Assembly (NCBI GenBank): GCA_025603075.1
Contig: MU626279.1
Location: 1-64,000, forward strand
Source: Neoconidiobolus thromboides FSU 785
Taxonomy: Eukaryota; Fungi; Entomophthoromycota
DNA: 64,000 bases
Reading direction: 5' to 3'
A program made the translations under genes and the position numbers. The notes below the pieces were generated by a model. That model worked only from the letters and a program-made list of their open reading frames with translations. It was not told where the DNA came from and searched no databases. Position 1 is the first letter of the stretch, and every line of letters begins with the position of its first letter. Shown piece by piece: positions 47,313-60,632 of the stretch.

Positions 47313-50198
47313 ATGGACTTTGATGATATAGAAAAGAATCTATCAACCCCAATTTCAAGTTTAGTACGAGAGCTCGGACATGCAAAGAGGAGCGAACTAA
47401 TGAAAAATGGCTCCCAAGTTGGTGGAGTAACTTGTGAAAAGCCCAAAAGCACAGCGGTCAGAGCAGATGGTTGGACAGAAAAAGAGGATTTCAATATATT
47501 TAGGTCGGTTAGAAAGTATAAAGAAGACTGGGATAAAATAGCATCAGTAGTAAAAACTCGTACTGCTGAAGAATGTAAGACAAGGTGGAATAATCTTGAA
47601 TCAAGGAGGTTGTCGAAGCTTAATGCTAAAAAAGCTAAGGAGGCTGCTACTAAAAAAAACGAAGGCAATGTAGTAAAGAAAAAAAAGGAAGGGGATGCAG
47701 TAAATAAAACAAATTCAGGGACTTTTGGATCAGTAAACAATCTTTTTAATAATACTAATTTTGATCTATTTATTAAAGACGGGGATTTTGCCAATTCAAA
47801 CAATAATATTAATCCATTATTAATTCATGATATAAACATGAAGTTAGATAGTAGTATAATGATGGATAGCAGTGTTTTGGGATTTAATACAGGAAATGTA
47901 CAAAGCATTCAAGCCTCAAGTACACAAACCGATCCAAATTTTGATTATAATTCTTTATTAATTAATAATGAGCCTGCTGAAAATAAAAACGTCACTGACT
48001 CCATTAATATGACTAAAAGCTTATCTGGCACAACTGCCCCTTTAAATAACATACAAACTCCTTTGTTTCAAGATCAATCTTTTAATGATATTATGAATTT
48101 AAACCCTTTGTTAAATGGGGGATATGGTGATAACCAAGGCTTATCAAGCTTGTTAAATGTTCAAAATTTGGGAGGAAATCATAACTCACTCAATAATTTA
48201 ACAGACCCTCTTTACTCACAACTCCAAAGACTGCCCAGTCTTAACGATGTTCCAAATAGTAATCCACAAAACGGTAACCCACTTGATATTTCAAGTTTAG
48301 TTGGACAAAATTTACCTAATCCATATGGAATTAATAGCTTAGCTTCGCTAGGATTGAATAATTATGGGGTAAATTCAGTTAACAATATGTTCGCAGACCT
48401 ATTACAGCACCCACATGGACTTCAACTTTGGCATACTTACTTAATACTTTCACAAAGGAAACCAGACTCCAAAGAAAAGGCAATTACTATACTTCAAAAA
48501 CTAATCGACGATTTAAAAGATCCTCAAAAAGAATATTTAGATGAGACTGATAATGATTTGAATATTCATGTTTATTCAAATGGAAAATTCAAAAAAAATA
48601 AAGATAAAAAAATAAGAAAGGGTAATAATCAAAAAGATAATGAATATGAAGATAACGACCAAGAGGATGGTTACCAAGACGATAACAAAAAGCTGGCTAT
48701 AAGGAAGGATGAAGAAGAAGCTATGTTGTATCATCAGCTCTCAACTTATGATTTCCCTGACGAGATGGAAGAAGATAATGATTTCTCTTCCAATGAAAGG
48801 GACGATGACTCTGAAACAAATGATAGTCCAGAAATGCGAGGTAAAAAGATTTTTATTTTCGTTTTTTAACTAAATATTTTTAGCTGAGGAATTAGAGAAT
48901 TTATTAGAAGAAGAAAGTAATATTCAAATAAATCAGGAGATTCAAAACTCAACCTGGATGCATGCAAAAGAAGAGTAATATTATTTAGTATATTTAAGTT
49001 ACAACTAAATATTGTTTAGAAATGGATTACTTTTTGGCGCAAATTGCTTAAACTTATTAAGGAAACAAATGCAAAAAGTAAGTAGTTAGTTTTTAAATAG
49101 ACAATGTTTGACCGTTTAGAATATGCAAATCGTTGTTCAGGCCTATACTATAGAAAGTACATTTAGAGGCGCGGATTCAGAAAACGCACGGTATTGGAAA
49201 GATCAAATAGTAATGAATATACATTTTAATAAAGCCTTATTAACCTTGAAATCAGCTGCATATAAAAAGACTAAACGATTATGGACAATCCAAAACACGT
49301 ACAAAACTAAATACTCCTATTGATGAGTCGGATCAAGGAAGAGATTATTTTTCGTTTTTTACAATCCCTGGTGCACAGTACTTAGAAAGTATAATATCAA
49401 TGATAAACTCTTACATGTTGCCTCCAGAGGGAAATACTCAAAACAAACCGGGAAATGGTAGTAAATGTGTAGACGAAATTGAGTATCCAAAGGCCACATA
49501 TTGCGTTGCTGGCTCTGCTAAACAAAAGGTAGAGAAATTTACAATCATTGGGCAAATTTGTCATAAGATTTTGAATCCGATATTTTTCAAAGAGCTTTTG
49601 CCATATTTCGATCCAGGTAACAATGAATTAATTGGTTGTTTAATTATTCTAATTTTAAAAAGTACAAAAGAGAACTCGACACATTTTTACTCCAGTGGAA
49701 GACAGGTAATTTTTAGTTTACACCGTTTCAATTCAAATTTTATCGTTAGGCTCCTTACTATTGGTCTTCATAAATTTGGAGATGATTTCCCAAGTATTCG
49801 ATCACAAATCTTAACCCCAAGGACATCGAAACAATTGGAGAATAGATTTAATAATTTAAAGTGTCGTCGTACAGCTTTTAACCCGGTTCAGGTATACTTA
49901 AATATATCACTCTATACTAGCTAAAAAATTATAGGATTATTATTTAAGGCAAATTAAACCTTTGACAGTTGAGGAGGAGGAGCTTCTAAATGCTGTAAGT
50001 AAATTGAGATAATTACAACTACATAATAACCATTTAATATAGGGTGTCAAGCATTATGGTAAAAAATTTAAATTAATTTCACAAAGAATCATACCTCAGC
50101 GTCCTCCCTTTTTATTAAGAAAAGCTTGGAAAGACATGGAACAACGCAAGAATACCCCATATAGACCAGAGTATATTGAAAAGTTGCAAAATGTTTAA
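47313..50198 (+). CDS. Myb/SANT-domain nuclear protein, GON4L/DUO3-like, multi-exon
   Basis: N-terminal SANT (WTEKED..WDKIA..RTAEECKTRW); spliced LRKQMQK|NMQIVVQAY and SFFTIPG; two C-terminal Myb-like repeats (GLHKFG..RTSKQLENRFNNL; GVKHYG..LRKAW). Confidence 0.65.
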
Positions 50199-50637
50199 AA
50201 TTGTACTTATCATGTGGTGTATCGCTCTATAGGTGTCAAAATCAAGCATTGTGTAATTTTAAATGGGAATTTTCCAGATATGTCTTATTGTCTATTTAAT
50301 ATTTTGTTTACTTTCATTAAAATATGTATTATCTAACTATCGTTATATCATGATATATTTTAATAAATTAAAATATCTATAGCTCAAATACTTGATGACA
50401 TCTAATGAGTAAATCACTTTGCTTTGTTCTAATGAAATTTAAACCGTGGTTTTACTTGGTGTTGGATAAAAGAAAAAGAAAAATAATTTTATACCTATGC
50501 TACATGTAAAAAAAAGTCTTATAAAGCCATACCTATTTCAGCCGTAGGCTATTATAGTTAAAAAAAGTTCTAAATCAAAAATTAATATCATAAATTAAAA
50601 TATCTAAATTCAATTTAATAAAAATCTCAATTCCAGT

Positions 50638-50979
50638 TTAATTAGGTAACTTTGGTTTTTGCGTTTCTTCATACAACTCATATAGCGTATCAATCTGTTC
50701 TGGAGAAAACCTTTCCAAATCTTGGGTCTTTGGTTTGATCCCTGAACTACCCACTGTCTTCTTTGGTACGTTTTTAAATTCTTCTTCGAGCTGATCTAAG
50801 TATATATTCCACTCCTTGGTAAAAGCATTTAAAAACGGCGATTCTAAAGTCAAATTTTTATGCTTGTGAAATTCTTCTTTTACATAACTGTCACCTATTA
50901 TCCTCTGATGCGGTGATAGGTTTCTATGTAAGCGTAAGATTTTGCGATATAGTTGCCTGCCTTGAAGCAGATTATTCAT
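50638..50979 (-). CDS. SDHAF3: Succinate dehydrogenase assembly factor 3 (Sdh7/ACN9), LYR family
   Basis: LYRKILRLHRNL..GDSYVKEEFHKHK..FTKEW..Y. Confidence 0.88.
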   Translation of the reverse strand: MNNLLQGRQLYRKILRLHRNLSPHQRIIGDSYVKEEFHKHKNLTLESPFLNAFTKEWNIYLDQLEEEFKNVPKKTVGSSGIKPKTQDLERFSPEQIDTLYELYEETQKPKLPN

Positions 50980-51540
50980 CTTAATTTGTGGTTGAAGTGT
51001 GGTGTCTTGTAGAAAGTTAAAATTGAAAAATAGTCAACCTAGCAATTCATTAAATAGTAGATTTTCAAGAATTGATTGGCTATTTTCTATAAAGATTTAG
51101 ATAGTGTTTATTTTTACAATATAAGCTGTAAATGAAAACAATAGTAATATAATATTCTAAAAACTGTTGAGTATTATCTAATAGTTACCCCTTTGTATTT
51201 ATCGACTTTCTATAAAGGAGTTTCTAGAAGCCATTCACTTATTCAAACCATTCTATAAAATATTGAATTAATCATGAATTAATTCCTTTTATCTTAGATT
51301 TATAACACTTTTGTCTTCTGATAAAGGAAATAATATGTATATTAACTACTAAAAAAGTATTAAAGTAAAGATAAATAATCAAATGAAATGCAATAATAAC
51401 ACTAAAAATCTACAAAGAGCAATAGAAAAGCGATAGTAGCATCAATTATTTTGTTAAATTACTTAAAACAATATTTAAAGTTCACAAGAATAAATTTAAA
51501 AATTATATTACTTATAGTTAGTTAAAATTAATATTAGAGT

Positions 51541-52508
51541 CTAAATCTTTTTTGAACGAGGCTTGCTTGGCACGGAGACTTTCTCTTTAACTTCCTCTTC
51601 CGCTTTTTCAGTAGTGCCTTTGTTTTCTTTAACAGCTTTAGGTTTTGAGTAAGCTTTATAAAAGAATTCAATGAATAGTAAGAGGTAGGAAGAGAGCAAA
51701 CCTGCTCCAAAGATAGCGTTTGGTAACTTACCGTTACAGTCCCCAAAGGTAGGAAATTGAGGGTAATAATGGAAAGTGAAATAAGTGTATAAACAGAAAT
51801 ATACTACGGACAAATCAATAATGAATTGAGTAATCTGTAATACAGTAATGTATTTCTTCCACCACACTTTGATTTTAAAGGTGGAAAGTAAATAGTAATA
51901 GTACATGAAAATATGAACAAAAAGATTTAAAATTACAGGTACCCAGGATACTGAGCTTTGGCCAGATAATTGAGAAAAGCATAGTAAAGCGGTCATTGAA
52001 TGATGGTACCAATGTAAAAATTCTAAAACAATTAAAAATGATATAAAAACTACTCCAAAATAAACTTACCGAGTTTCTTTTTACGTAAAACAAGGAAAAC
52101 GGTGTCAATTAACTCATAAAATTTTGTAAGGTAGTTGATATAATATAAAAGCTCTAAACGTTGAGTCCAAATTTCTTTTGAGCATATGGAAGCAAAGGGA
52201 CCTTCATTATAGAAAAAAGGGATCACATTTTCAGCAAATAAAAGGAATAATGCTAACGAAGCTATGGTGAGGAAAGCGTTATGAAGTTGGAAAAGGAAAG
52301 ATAATTGAATTGGTTTTTGATTTTTCATAAAAGCTTGACCACCAAAGATAACAACAAGGTAAGTCAAACATACCATAAAAACTTCACGATAGGTGGAAAG
52401 TGGGGTTACCCCTTCAACGAACCTAAACTCGGAAGCTGGGTTACCTATTACTTTTTCATAAGCGATTTCAAAGTAATGCTGGAAGGATAAGGAGGTTAGG
52501 GCCGACAT
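51541..52508 (-). CDS. Fatty acid elongase (GNS1/SUR4/ELO family); intron 52023-52069
   Basis: NYLTKFYELIDT, spliced KKL|EFLHWYHH (HxxHH), NLFVHIFMYYYY and TVLQITQF. Confidence 0.92.
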
Positions 52509-53474
52509 TAAATTTTAATTGAAAAAAGAGAAGGTAAACAAAAGTTTTTGAAAATTAAAATATTTATAGCTAACCTTATTTGAAAATAACTTAATATGGT
52601 TAAAACTGTGAGCTGGGCTTCTGATTGGACTGTCGGTTCTGTTATCTAAGTAGAACTTTTATTGGATTAATGAGTACTAAATTTTGCGGCAGAATCAGTC
52701 CACTTTTTTATCACTCAATGAATCATGGGGCAACTTTATTAATGATATGAACTGAGTGGGAAGTATTTTTATTGGTCAAGAATTATTCTCCAAATTTAAG
52801 CTAACAATATTAGTGAATTTTATGGAGATTAAAATCTTTTCCAAAAATAAAATGGTGCTTTATTGTCCACATATATACGAGAACTATTGAAGTAGAATTT
52901 TAAACTCTCTTTCAAAATTAAACTCCTTTTAAACTAATAAATCAACTACATATTCTAATAAGTGTACATGATTTTTATTAATATTGAAAAAGTATATACT
53001 ATTTTAAAAAGTAGGTAAAATATGATATTTGTCACTATATAAAAATAAATAGTATTGTATTGGAATCAATACTTCTAATTAATGGTTGTAATAAGTTGAA
53101 AATTTAAGAACAACAAACAAGAAACAATTATACCAAATTTGACTTTAGAGTTAAGATATCAAAAACTACACTTTTAAAAAATTCTAAAAACTAATATTGA
53201 ATTAATTAGCTTAAAATAATCCATTTTAATAATACAAGCATTTTGACTTAGTTCTCTGCTTTTATAACATTTAATGTGTGTCATAATCGATAAATAATAT
53301 AAATACAGTTGACCTAAAATTAGACAAAAAGAGAGATCAAGTGCATAGTCCATCCAAAGATAAATAAATGATAACCAAAAAGGTGGCATGGATGCCCAAA
53401 AAAAACAGCTGTAATTGTCTAGATTCCCTATCAAAGAGATTAAACTAAAGTTAAATATTTTAAATAATTCAAAA

Positions 53475-56017
53475 TTACATTGTCAATGCCCAGATAGCTA
53501 ATGAAGTCAATGGTACCAAAGCAAAGATATGAATAGACTTGGGATAACAAGGAAAAAGCAAGGTGGCAAATTTTAAGCCCAAAATCAATAACAAGACCGG
53601 ATCTAGCTTTTTGCTAGTTTTTAATTCCTATAAAATTAAGTTATACTATAATCAAAATAAGATGAAATAAAATAATACTTTAGAAGCTTTGCCTTCCATA
53701 AGATTTCTATCAAGCAAAGGGATAGTTTCTGCAATCCTTTTAGAACTTGATGGATTTAATGGTGATGAGGTTTTAGGTTTGTATTTATCATCACTCTTAA
53801 TAATAGTCTCTTCAATGCCTATTGAAGTTGAAATATTGACTGTAGTTTCGCTTGCTTTAACATACATCCCTGGAATAAGCTTTTCAAAATTAACTTCATT
53901 GGCTTGCTTCAAAATATCTTGAGCATCAGGTCGCTTGTTTGGTTGAGAAGATAATAATAATACAATTAATTGTTTAAACGAAGTTGGGATTCTAGGACAT
54001 TTATTTATATCATCTGGAAAACTTTCGATCTCCTTAAATGCTAATATCTCATCTTTCAAGATATCAATGTCATCTATTTGTCTATATGGTAGCTGCGAAT
54101 AACAAAGGTAATACAGCACCATCCCAAGTGACCACATGTCTGCTTTGCTTGAATGATCTCCGATATAAGTACCAGTATTATCGACTATTATAATTTAATA
54201 ATAAATATACAACAATTAAATAAACTTACTTTTGATTAACTCAGGAGCCATAAACTCCAAAGTTCCTGTAGCTCCAGTACGATTCACACCGTTGAGATTA
54301 TCAAGGTTGACACATTCTCCAAAATCCGAGATTAAAACCTTGGGACTAAAAATAAGGCAATTAAGTACGTAGTCACTGTTTTATATTTTAAATTACATCT
54401 CATTGCTATTTTTTGTGCCTTCTTTCAAAGATAATAATAAATTAGGAGGTTTAATATCTCTATGTATAATGTTGTATCGATGAAGATGGGCAAGTCCATT
54501 ACAGATATCCAAGAATAGGGACCATATCTCTTTTAATGTTAATAAATTTTGGTCTTTGATCTCGCTTTTATCCTTGCTTTTTAAGAGATCTTTTTGTCTC
54601 CTCATATAAAGTACCCTTTCTTTAGCGCTTAATAAATTCAAATCTATGTTATCGTCCTTGTTGAGTGATTTTGCTTTCCTTCTTTCAACATATTCTTCAA
54701 GGTTTCCTCCATTCGCACACTCCATTAGTATAAACAAACATGGTACTTCTGGTGCTATGTACAATGTTTTAGTATTTGTTATATAAATTTATATATCCAT
54801 TACAAAAAGCACTAAGCTTATGGTTTTCTATCCAGGCATGTTTATAGTCAATGATATTTTGATGATGTAGCCTTTCTAGCATATGGACTTCTCTTAACAT
54901 TCTTGCAAGCCAAGAGTGGTTATGACCTAATGAATTAACTATTTTGATGGTCAATGATTATAACAAATTACCTATAGAGACTTTCTTGATCGCATAGGAA
55001 CCTAGCTTGATATTGTCTAAAAAATGCTAAAAGGTATCAAAAGTAGAGCTAGTATATAAAAGAAAAAGTTACTTGACATAAATATACATTGCCGCTAGCT
55101 CCATGTCCAAGCTTTTTTATCTCTCTAAAAAAGCGATGATAATAACCCTGATTAAATGCTGAATCATTTAATATTGGTTCGCTTTTAACTGGATGATCAT
55201 TATGATCTTCCATAAGTAAATGGGACAGTCTCTTTTGTTCATGAGAAATAGCCAAGCATTTGAAGTAGTTTTTATCCATAAAATCAATGTCCTTGCTATC
55301 TTTATCACTACCCGAATAGCTCATGTTATAACTATTACTACTCTCTTGCTTAGGTTCCTTTTCTTCTTCTTGAGGATAGTAATTCTAAACAGGATGAATA
55401 AATCTTTGTTAATGGATACTATTTAATTTACTGGAAGGTATTGATGACATAGTTTACATTTCTTTTCATCATGAGGATTTGAAAACTTAAATTATTAATT
55501 TTCAATTAATGTTATAAAATATCAAATTTACTTCGTCTATCTGATTAGTCTTAGTAATAGCAAGCTCATGGCTTTCTTGGTTGTACAAAACCATCTGATT
55601 TGAGTAGTGGTTTCTTCTAATTTACATTTAGTAAACTAAATTATTGATTTTAAGTTAAATTACAAGATCACTTTCCAATCATGATAATAGGGAATCAGCT
55701 GCTTGTTTTGAATAAACTCATTTTTGATCAATCTTACTTGACCTTCTGAAGCTAAAGTATTACTTTCTAAAGGTTTATAGTGAATCAATTTTAAACTCTT
55801 TTGTACCACTCTTCCTCTGGCACTAATAATTGTTTCTTCTTTTTCTACCAAACTTTCAATCTCTTTCCTTTTACAATTTCCCCTCTCGCTTCCAATAAGA
55901 CTTTGACTACTAAATTAAAGTTAGTCTACATCCACATTATTACTCTTCTAAATTATACTTGAATTCCCCATCAATGCCATTGTCATTAACCTTTCTATTT
56001 AAGTCTTTATTATTCAT
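53475..56017 (-). CDS. IKS1: Ser/Thr kinase Iks1-like, multi-exon, with C-terminal hydrophobic segments (ends approximate)
   Basis: DWK..MVLYN..C.LC; FNQGYYHRFFREIKKLGHG; PEVPCLFILMECANGGNLE; HRDIKPPNLL; ISDFGEC; GTLEFMAPE. Confidence 0.85.
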
Positions 56018-56110
56018 AAAAAATATCGTTGTGACGTACTTTTGAAGTTTCTTTTGAACCTCATTTGAACATTTTCATTGGTTTTTGCAATTTCTCTTCT
56101 TTTAAAATTA

Positions 56111-56572
56111 ATGGCCGCTGATTTGATTACAAAGCAAATTTTAGAAAAAGCTCTAGCAGATAAACTTAGTCCAAGCTATGTGGTAACATTATTAACAAAT
56201 CTATGTCACTTTTAATTAATAATTTAAAAGGAAGTTATTGATACTTCAGGTAACGGTTTAAATTTGAGAAAGAGATTGAAGCTAATTGTATAGGGGGTTG
56301 TGGACAAAGTTTTGAAGTCATAGTAGTATCGGAGCAGTTCGAAGGGTTACCACTTCTTAAAAGACATCGGTATATTTATTATTATTTATATAAGCTAAAT
56401 GATTGAACAACATAAAGCTTAGTTAATGAATGTGTAAAAGAAGAGATTGCACAATTACATGCGTTTTCACAGGTAGTTTAATTTTCTATACACTATATAA
56501 TGATTAATTTTTTAGAAACCATATACCCCTGCACAATGGAAAAAGATTCAAGATAAAAAAGGAATACAATAA
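56111..56572 (+). CDS. BolA-like protein (BolA2/Fra2-like), 5 exons
   Basis: Spliced EVIDTSG|GCGQSFEVIVVSEQFEGLPLLKRHR|LVNECVKEEIAQLHAFSQ|KPYTP. Confidence 0.9.
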
Positions 56573-57287
56573 GTTTGATAGTGTGGATATTTAAAAAAAT
56601 TATTTCTTCTCTTAATTGACTTTGATTATGAAAATAACGTAACTTTTACTTTCAATTGTAGGTAATAATATCTAAATTATAAAAATTGGCACCTAAATTT
56701 AAATCAGGTTTTGGATCTTTATCTCTTAACCAATACTTATAATATAATCTATTTGATTTACTCAAAAGCAACTTTCTTTTTATTGATGTTTTGGCTTTTG
56801 AATTATCTAAAGTAATTTGTAAATATTGCAAGTTTTAGCTTTAATTTATATAATATTAGTTCCCAATAAGGATGTTTTTTTATTAGTTTTATTTGATTAT
56901 TGTACTTAATATTGCTAGTTTTTTTATTTTAGTTTGAATGTTCTAGTATGATATTTAAAAAAAATAAAAGCTTATTCACTAATGATATAAAAGATTTAAC
57001 TAAATTTTAATAATTAACAATTTCTTTATTTATACGTGATATATAATATGGAATCTTAACTATGATAATATTAATATATATGGTGTTGTTTTTAATCATA
57101 TATATTAAACTCGGTATTGTATTTGATATTTACATTTTTTGAAATTAAAGCAGTTATAGTTAATAAAATTCAAAAACATTTTTATTAGATAAATAATTTA
57201 TTACAAACTAAATAGTTGAAAATTAAATACAATTTAAAAAGGGGAATAAATATACCTATCTCAGTTAGAATGGGTAAAAACGCTAAC

Positions 57288-58842
57288 TCATTTTGAAAAC
57301 CTTTCTTTTTCAATTTGATTAAGAAAGTTTTCATAATCATTAAAAATGCAGGTGCGGTAATTTTCTATGAGCTCTGGGTCATACTTTGCAATTGGAGGCT
57401 CAGCGCTATTTATAACAAACTTGCTTACTTTTTCCCATAAACTTCTTAATGGTGGAGTAATACATGGTATTAAATCGATATGAGAGCAATTTTGTACAGT
57501 GGTTGAATACCAAACACCAGGCTTAATGTTATTTAAAGCATCATTATGATCTGTTGGTTCGTCATCTAGTTTAAAGTCATAGTGCTTGCATGTTGTGGGG
57601 GAGCATTTACCAGGATGAAATTGGGATATCAATGGTACAAGTCCATCATTTGCTCGCCATAAGGCTTGCTCTTTCTCAAATTTAGCTAATGCTCCATTAC
57701 CTATTGTCTTAAAATCAAAGTTGCCAATCTTACGACTTAATGCAACCAAAGGTAAACACCAATGTTCAATCGGTATTTCACATTTAGTTTCTAAGTCCGT
57801 GTTTGTTAATTTTGCACAATAAGAACGATAATAGGTAGTATCAAACGTTTTTAACGGAGCTAAATCACATCTTTCTAATGAAATATCATAGGCTGCAGTA
57901 TCAACTCCCTTTTCAAAACAATTTAATGTCAATAGATTTTTTGCCAGGTTAAAAAATGATCGATCTTCATTTAATTTAAAATGCGACATACGGAAATCTA
58001 CCCCGATCATAGATTTTAGCCCCGGAAGTTCTAGCCATTCCCAAAGGTGGCATATACCATATAGCAAACGTCCGACTGATATCAAGTCCACTGATCCTGG
58101 ATTCCCTATTTGATGTCCTAATAGTAGTGTACCAGTTGAACCTTTTAGTGGAGAAGATATAGTTGAAACAGAGCATATCCAACTTGAATCTGTATCATAC
58201 CTTTCTCCTGTCATATGATTATAGAATATTTTCTCATTTAATAGTTTTTGAAGTAACAAAATGACATTACCACCCTATAAACATTATTAATTTTATATGG
58301 AAAAAATCAATGTATTTACTTACGAAGGAATGCCCAATAAAATTCAATGGATACCTTTTAGACCATCTTTTATACTGCCCAACATGCTTTTTACCAAATC
58401 GATGATGATAGTGATTTTTAGAGTGTATTTCTCCGTAATCTTCTAGCCCGCCTTTTAATTGGTAAAATATAGAAACCGCAGTATCATATGCTGAAGATAC
58501 TCCACCGGAATTCGGCCTTACTATTAGTGGACATGATTGTTGTTTTTTGAATGAGCTTTCACGGAAATGTGCTATTAGATCATGCCATATGTTCATATTG
58601 GGCGAACAAAGAAAGCCATCAACTAAACATATAGGTATTGGCATTTTTGAATCTCTATCTGTCTCTTGTATACATTCATTGGTGTAATCTATGGTAGTGC
58701 TGCCAGAAAAATCGGATTTTACATCTAATTCGCAACTAGTCTCACTTTTATCATCTGAATTATGATCATCATTATCTTTGTAGCTATTGTTGTGTGTTGT
58801 TTCTCTATCAAAAAGAGGGAAAAAAGTATTCAAATTAAACAT
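57288..58842 (-). CDS. Alpha/beta-hydrolase lipase resembling Staphylococcus/Geobacillus-type lipases; intron 58275-58323
   Basis: SSAYD.A...YQLKGG.EDYG..H...H.RFG; spliced GHSF|GG nucleophile elbow; WRANDGLV; SHIDL. Confidence 0.8.
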
Positions 58843-59602
58843 TAAAAATTAATAATAGTAAGTAATGCAAAATGAATAAAAATATAAAATCAAAAAGTAA
58901 TATATATTGATATAACTTGTATTTATAACATGTTTTAAGGATCACTTTAATATGCTGAAATAGCATGGCTTTAGTTTAAGCTTTAAACGGTCAGCTAAAC
59001 CTAATTTAGTAATTTTTGTTAAATTGAATCATGATCGTCTTTTTTATCACGATAATGCTCATCGATTTTATCAAATTTAATTAGCTTAATTTCGATCTCA
59101 AACTTTTATTAGCAGAATTATTTGAAATATTCGTTATCATCTCTATTTGAGTATTCCTTTTATCTTTCGGAGTTAATCAAATTTGCGAGAGTATTACTAG
59201 ATTTCTTTGTCTTAATTTTGTATTAAATTCAGTTTGACATCATTTTGTTATTCAAATTTAATTTATAAAGTAAATGTACACAATCGTATTAGTAAAAATT
59301 ATATAAGATTTTATCTTCAGCTTATCTATCTGATTATATTATTAATGTCGATTTAAGTCATTATAATTTAAAACTCAATGGCTTTTAATTTTGATCCTGA
59401 AACTTTTCCATGAACTAAATCGGTTTTAATCATTTCATCAACTAGTAATATTACTTTAAAGATTTAAAATTAACAAGCTAACAATAAATAAGGTTTTTCT
59501 CAAATCTCAATCTCCACGTCTTTGTTGACCTTCTTCTCAATGCTAAGTCGTTTTAAATATATACAATCCATTTAAACTACGCAGTCAAAAAGAAAAAAAT
59601 TA

Positions 59603-59674
59603 AGGGCGCACCCGGATTTGAACCAGGGACCTATCGATCTGCAGTCGATTGCTCTACCACTGAGCTATACGCCC
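59603..59674 (-). tRNA. tRNA-Cys(GCA), identical to the copy at 46049-46120
   Basis: Exact reverse complement of the first tRNA-Cys. Confidence 0.95.
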
Positions 59675-60028
59675 TATACATTCGATCTCACACAAAGATA
59701 TATATAATCTTAGAAATACTAAACAAAGTAGTTCCTACAGGGTTTTAGGCATGATATTTATTGTATACAATACGGTATCTTTACTAAATTAAAACCACTC
59801 TTCATCTTTAGGTTGTTCAGAATATTTGAAGTTTCTTTTATTGCCTTCTATAGCTAGTTTTTTAGACACTTGCTTTTGTAAAGCTTATTACTTTACATCA
59901 TAAAAAATTAAAGCTACTCATTAAAAATAGCCAATATATAAAAATAACTATAAATTATCAAAGCAAGTAAAGGATAATACAATCTAATAAAAATTTATTG
60001 AACCAAATATCAACTTCTTAACCTTATC

Positions 60029-60496
60029 TCAATCGTTGGTCAATTTAAGCATCATATTTGAAAACAGCTGTTTGGTACGATATTTGGCCAACGATTCCAC
60101 CAACGTTCTTTTAAAAGCTTTAAAGTAATCTACAGGCTCCTCCTTGTCTGTTAATTTACTTTGGTAGATTTGAATGTAACGTTTATAATTTTTTATAAAT
60201 AGATGAACCTCCCTTTTAAGAGTGGGATAATCGATCTTTTTAAGTGTTTGTTCCAAAGGCTGTTTAAACTCCGTTGGTAGCATATTTAGACTGTTTTTAA
60301 TAATCTTTATTGCTTTTTCTGGACTCAAATTAAGTACTTCTTTTGGTATATAGTCTTGTACTCTTTGATTTGAATTTTTGGCCTTCGTTATAGCATCTTC
60401 TTTGGTCTCGATAGCTTCTGAATCAGGTTTCTCTCCGTTGATACTTATCACTATGAAGCCAAATAAAATCAATAGATATATGCTGATGAATTTCAT
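60029..60496 (-). CDS. Small putatively secreted helical protein, 155 aa
   Basis: Signal-peptide-like MKFISIYLLILFGFIVISING; no Cys; no motif recognised. Confidence 0.7.
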   Translation of the reverse strand: MKFISIYLLILFGFIVISINGEKPDSEAIETKEDAITKAKNSNQRVQDYIPKEVLNLSPEKAIKIIKNSLNMLPTEFKQPLEQTLKKIDYPTLKREVHLFIKNYKRYIQIYQSKLTDKEEPVDYFKAFKRTLVESLAKYRTKQLFSNMMLKLTND

Positions 60497-60632
60497 ATTT
60501 TTTATGCAACTAAGAAATCAAAAAAGAAATAATAAAACAATAGGACATATTGTTCCATTTTTTAAAATATTCCGTATTTAATAAGCTCATTTCATTGGTT
60601 TATTTTTATTTCATATAGAACTCAAAATTAAT

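Noticed and set aside
49123-49323. Possible TGA readthrough (selenocysteine) at the end of the 66-aa ORF
   Set aside because: A 46-bp GT-AG intron after ...KDQI shifts into the next open frame, so no recoding is needed.
22708-56572. Apparent sulfur/Fe-S/redox cluster (fumarate reductase, rhodaneses, DJ-1, SDHAF3, BolA)
   Set aside because: The genes are spread over 34 kb and interleaved with unrelated housekeeping genes; no evidence of co-regulation.
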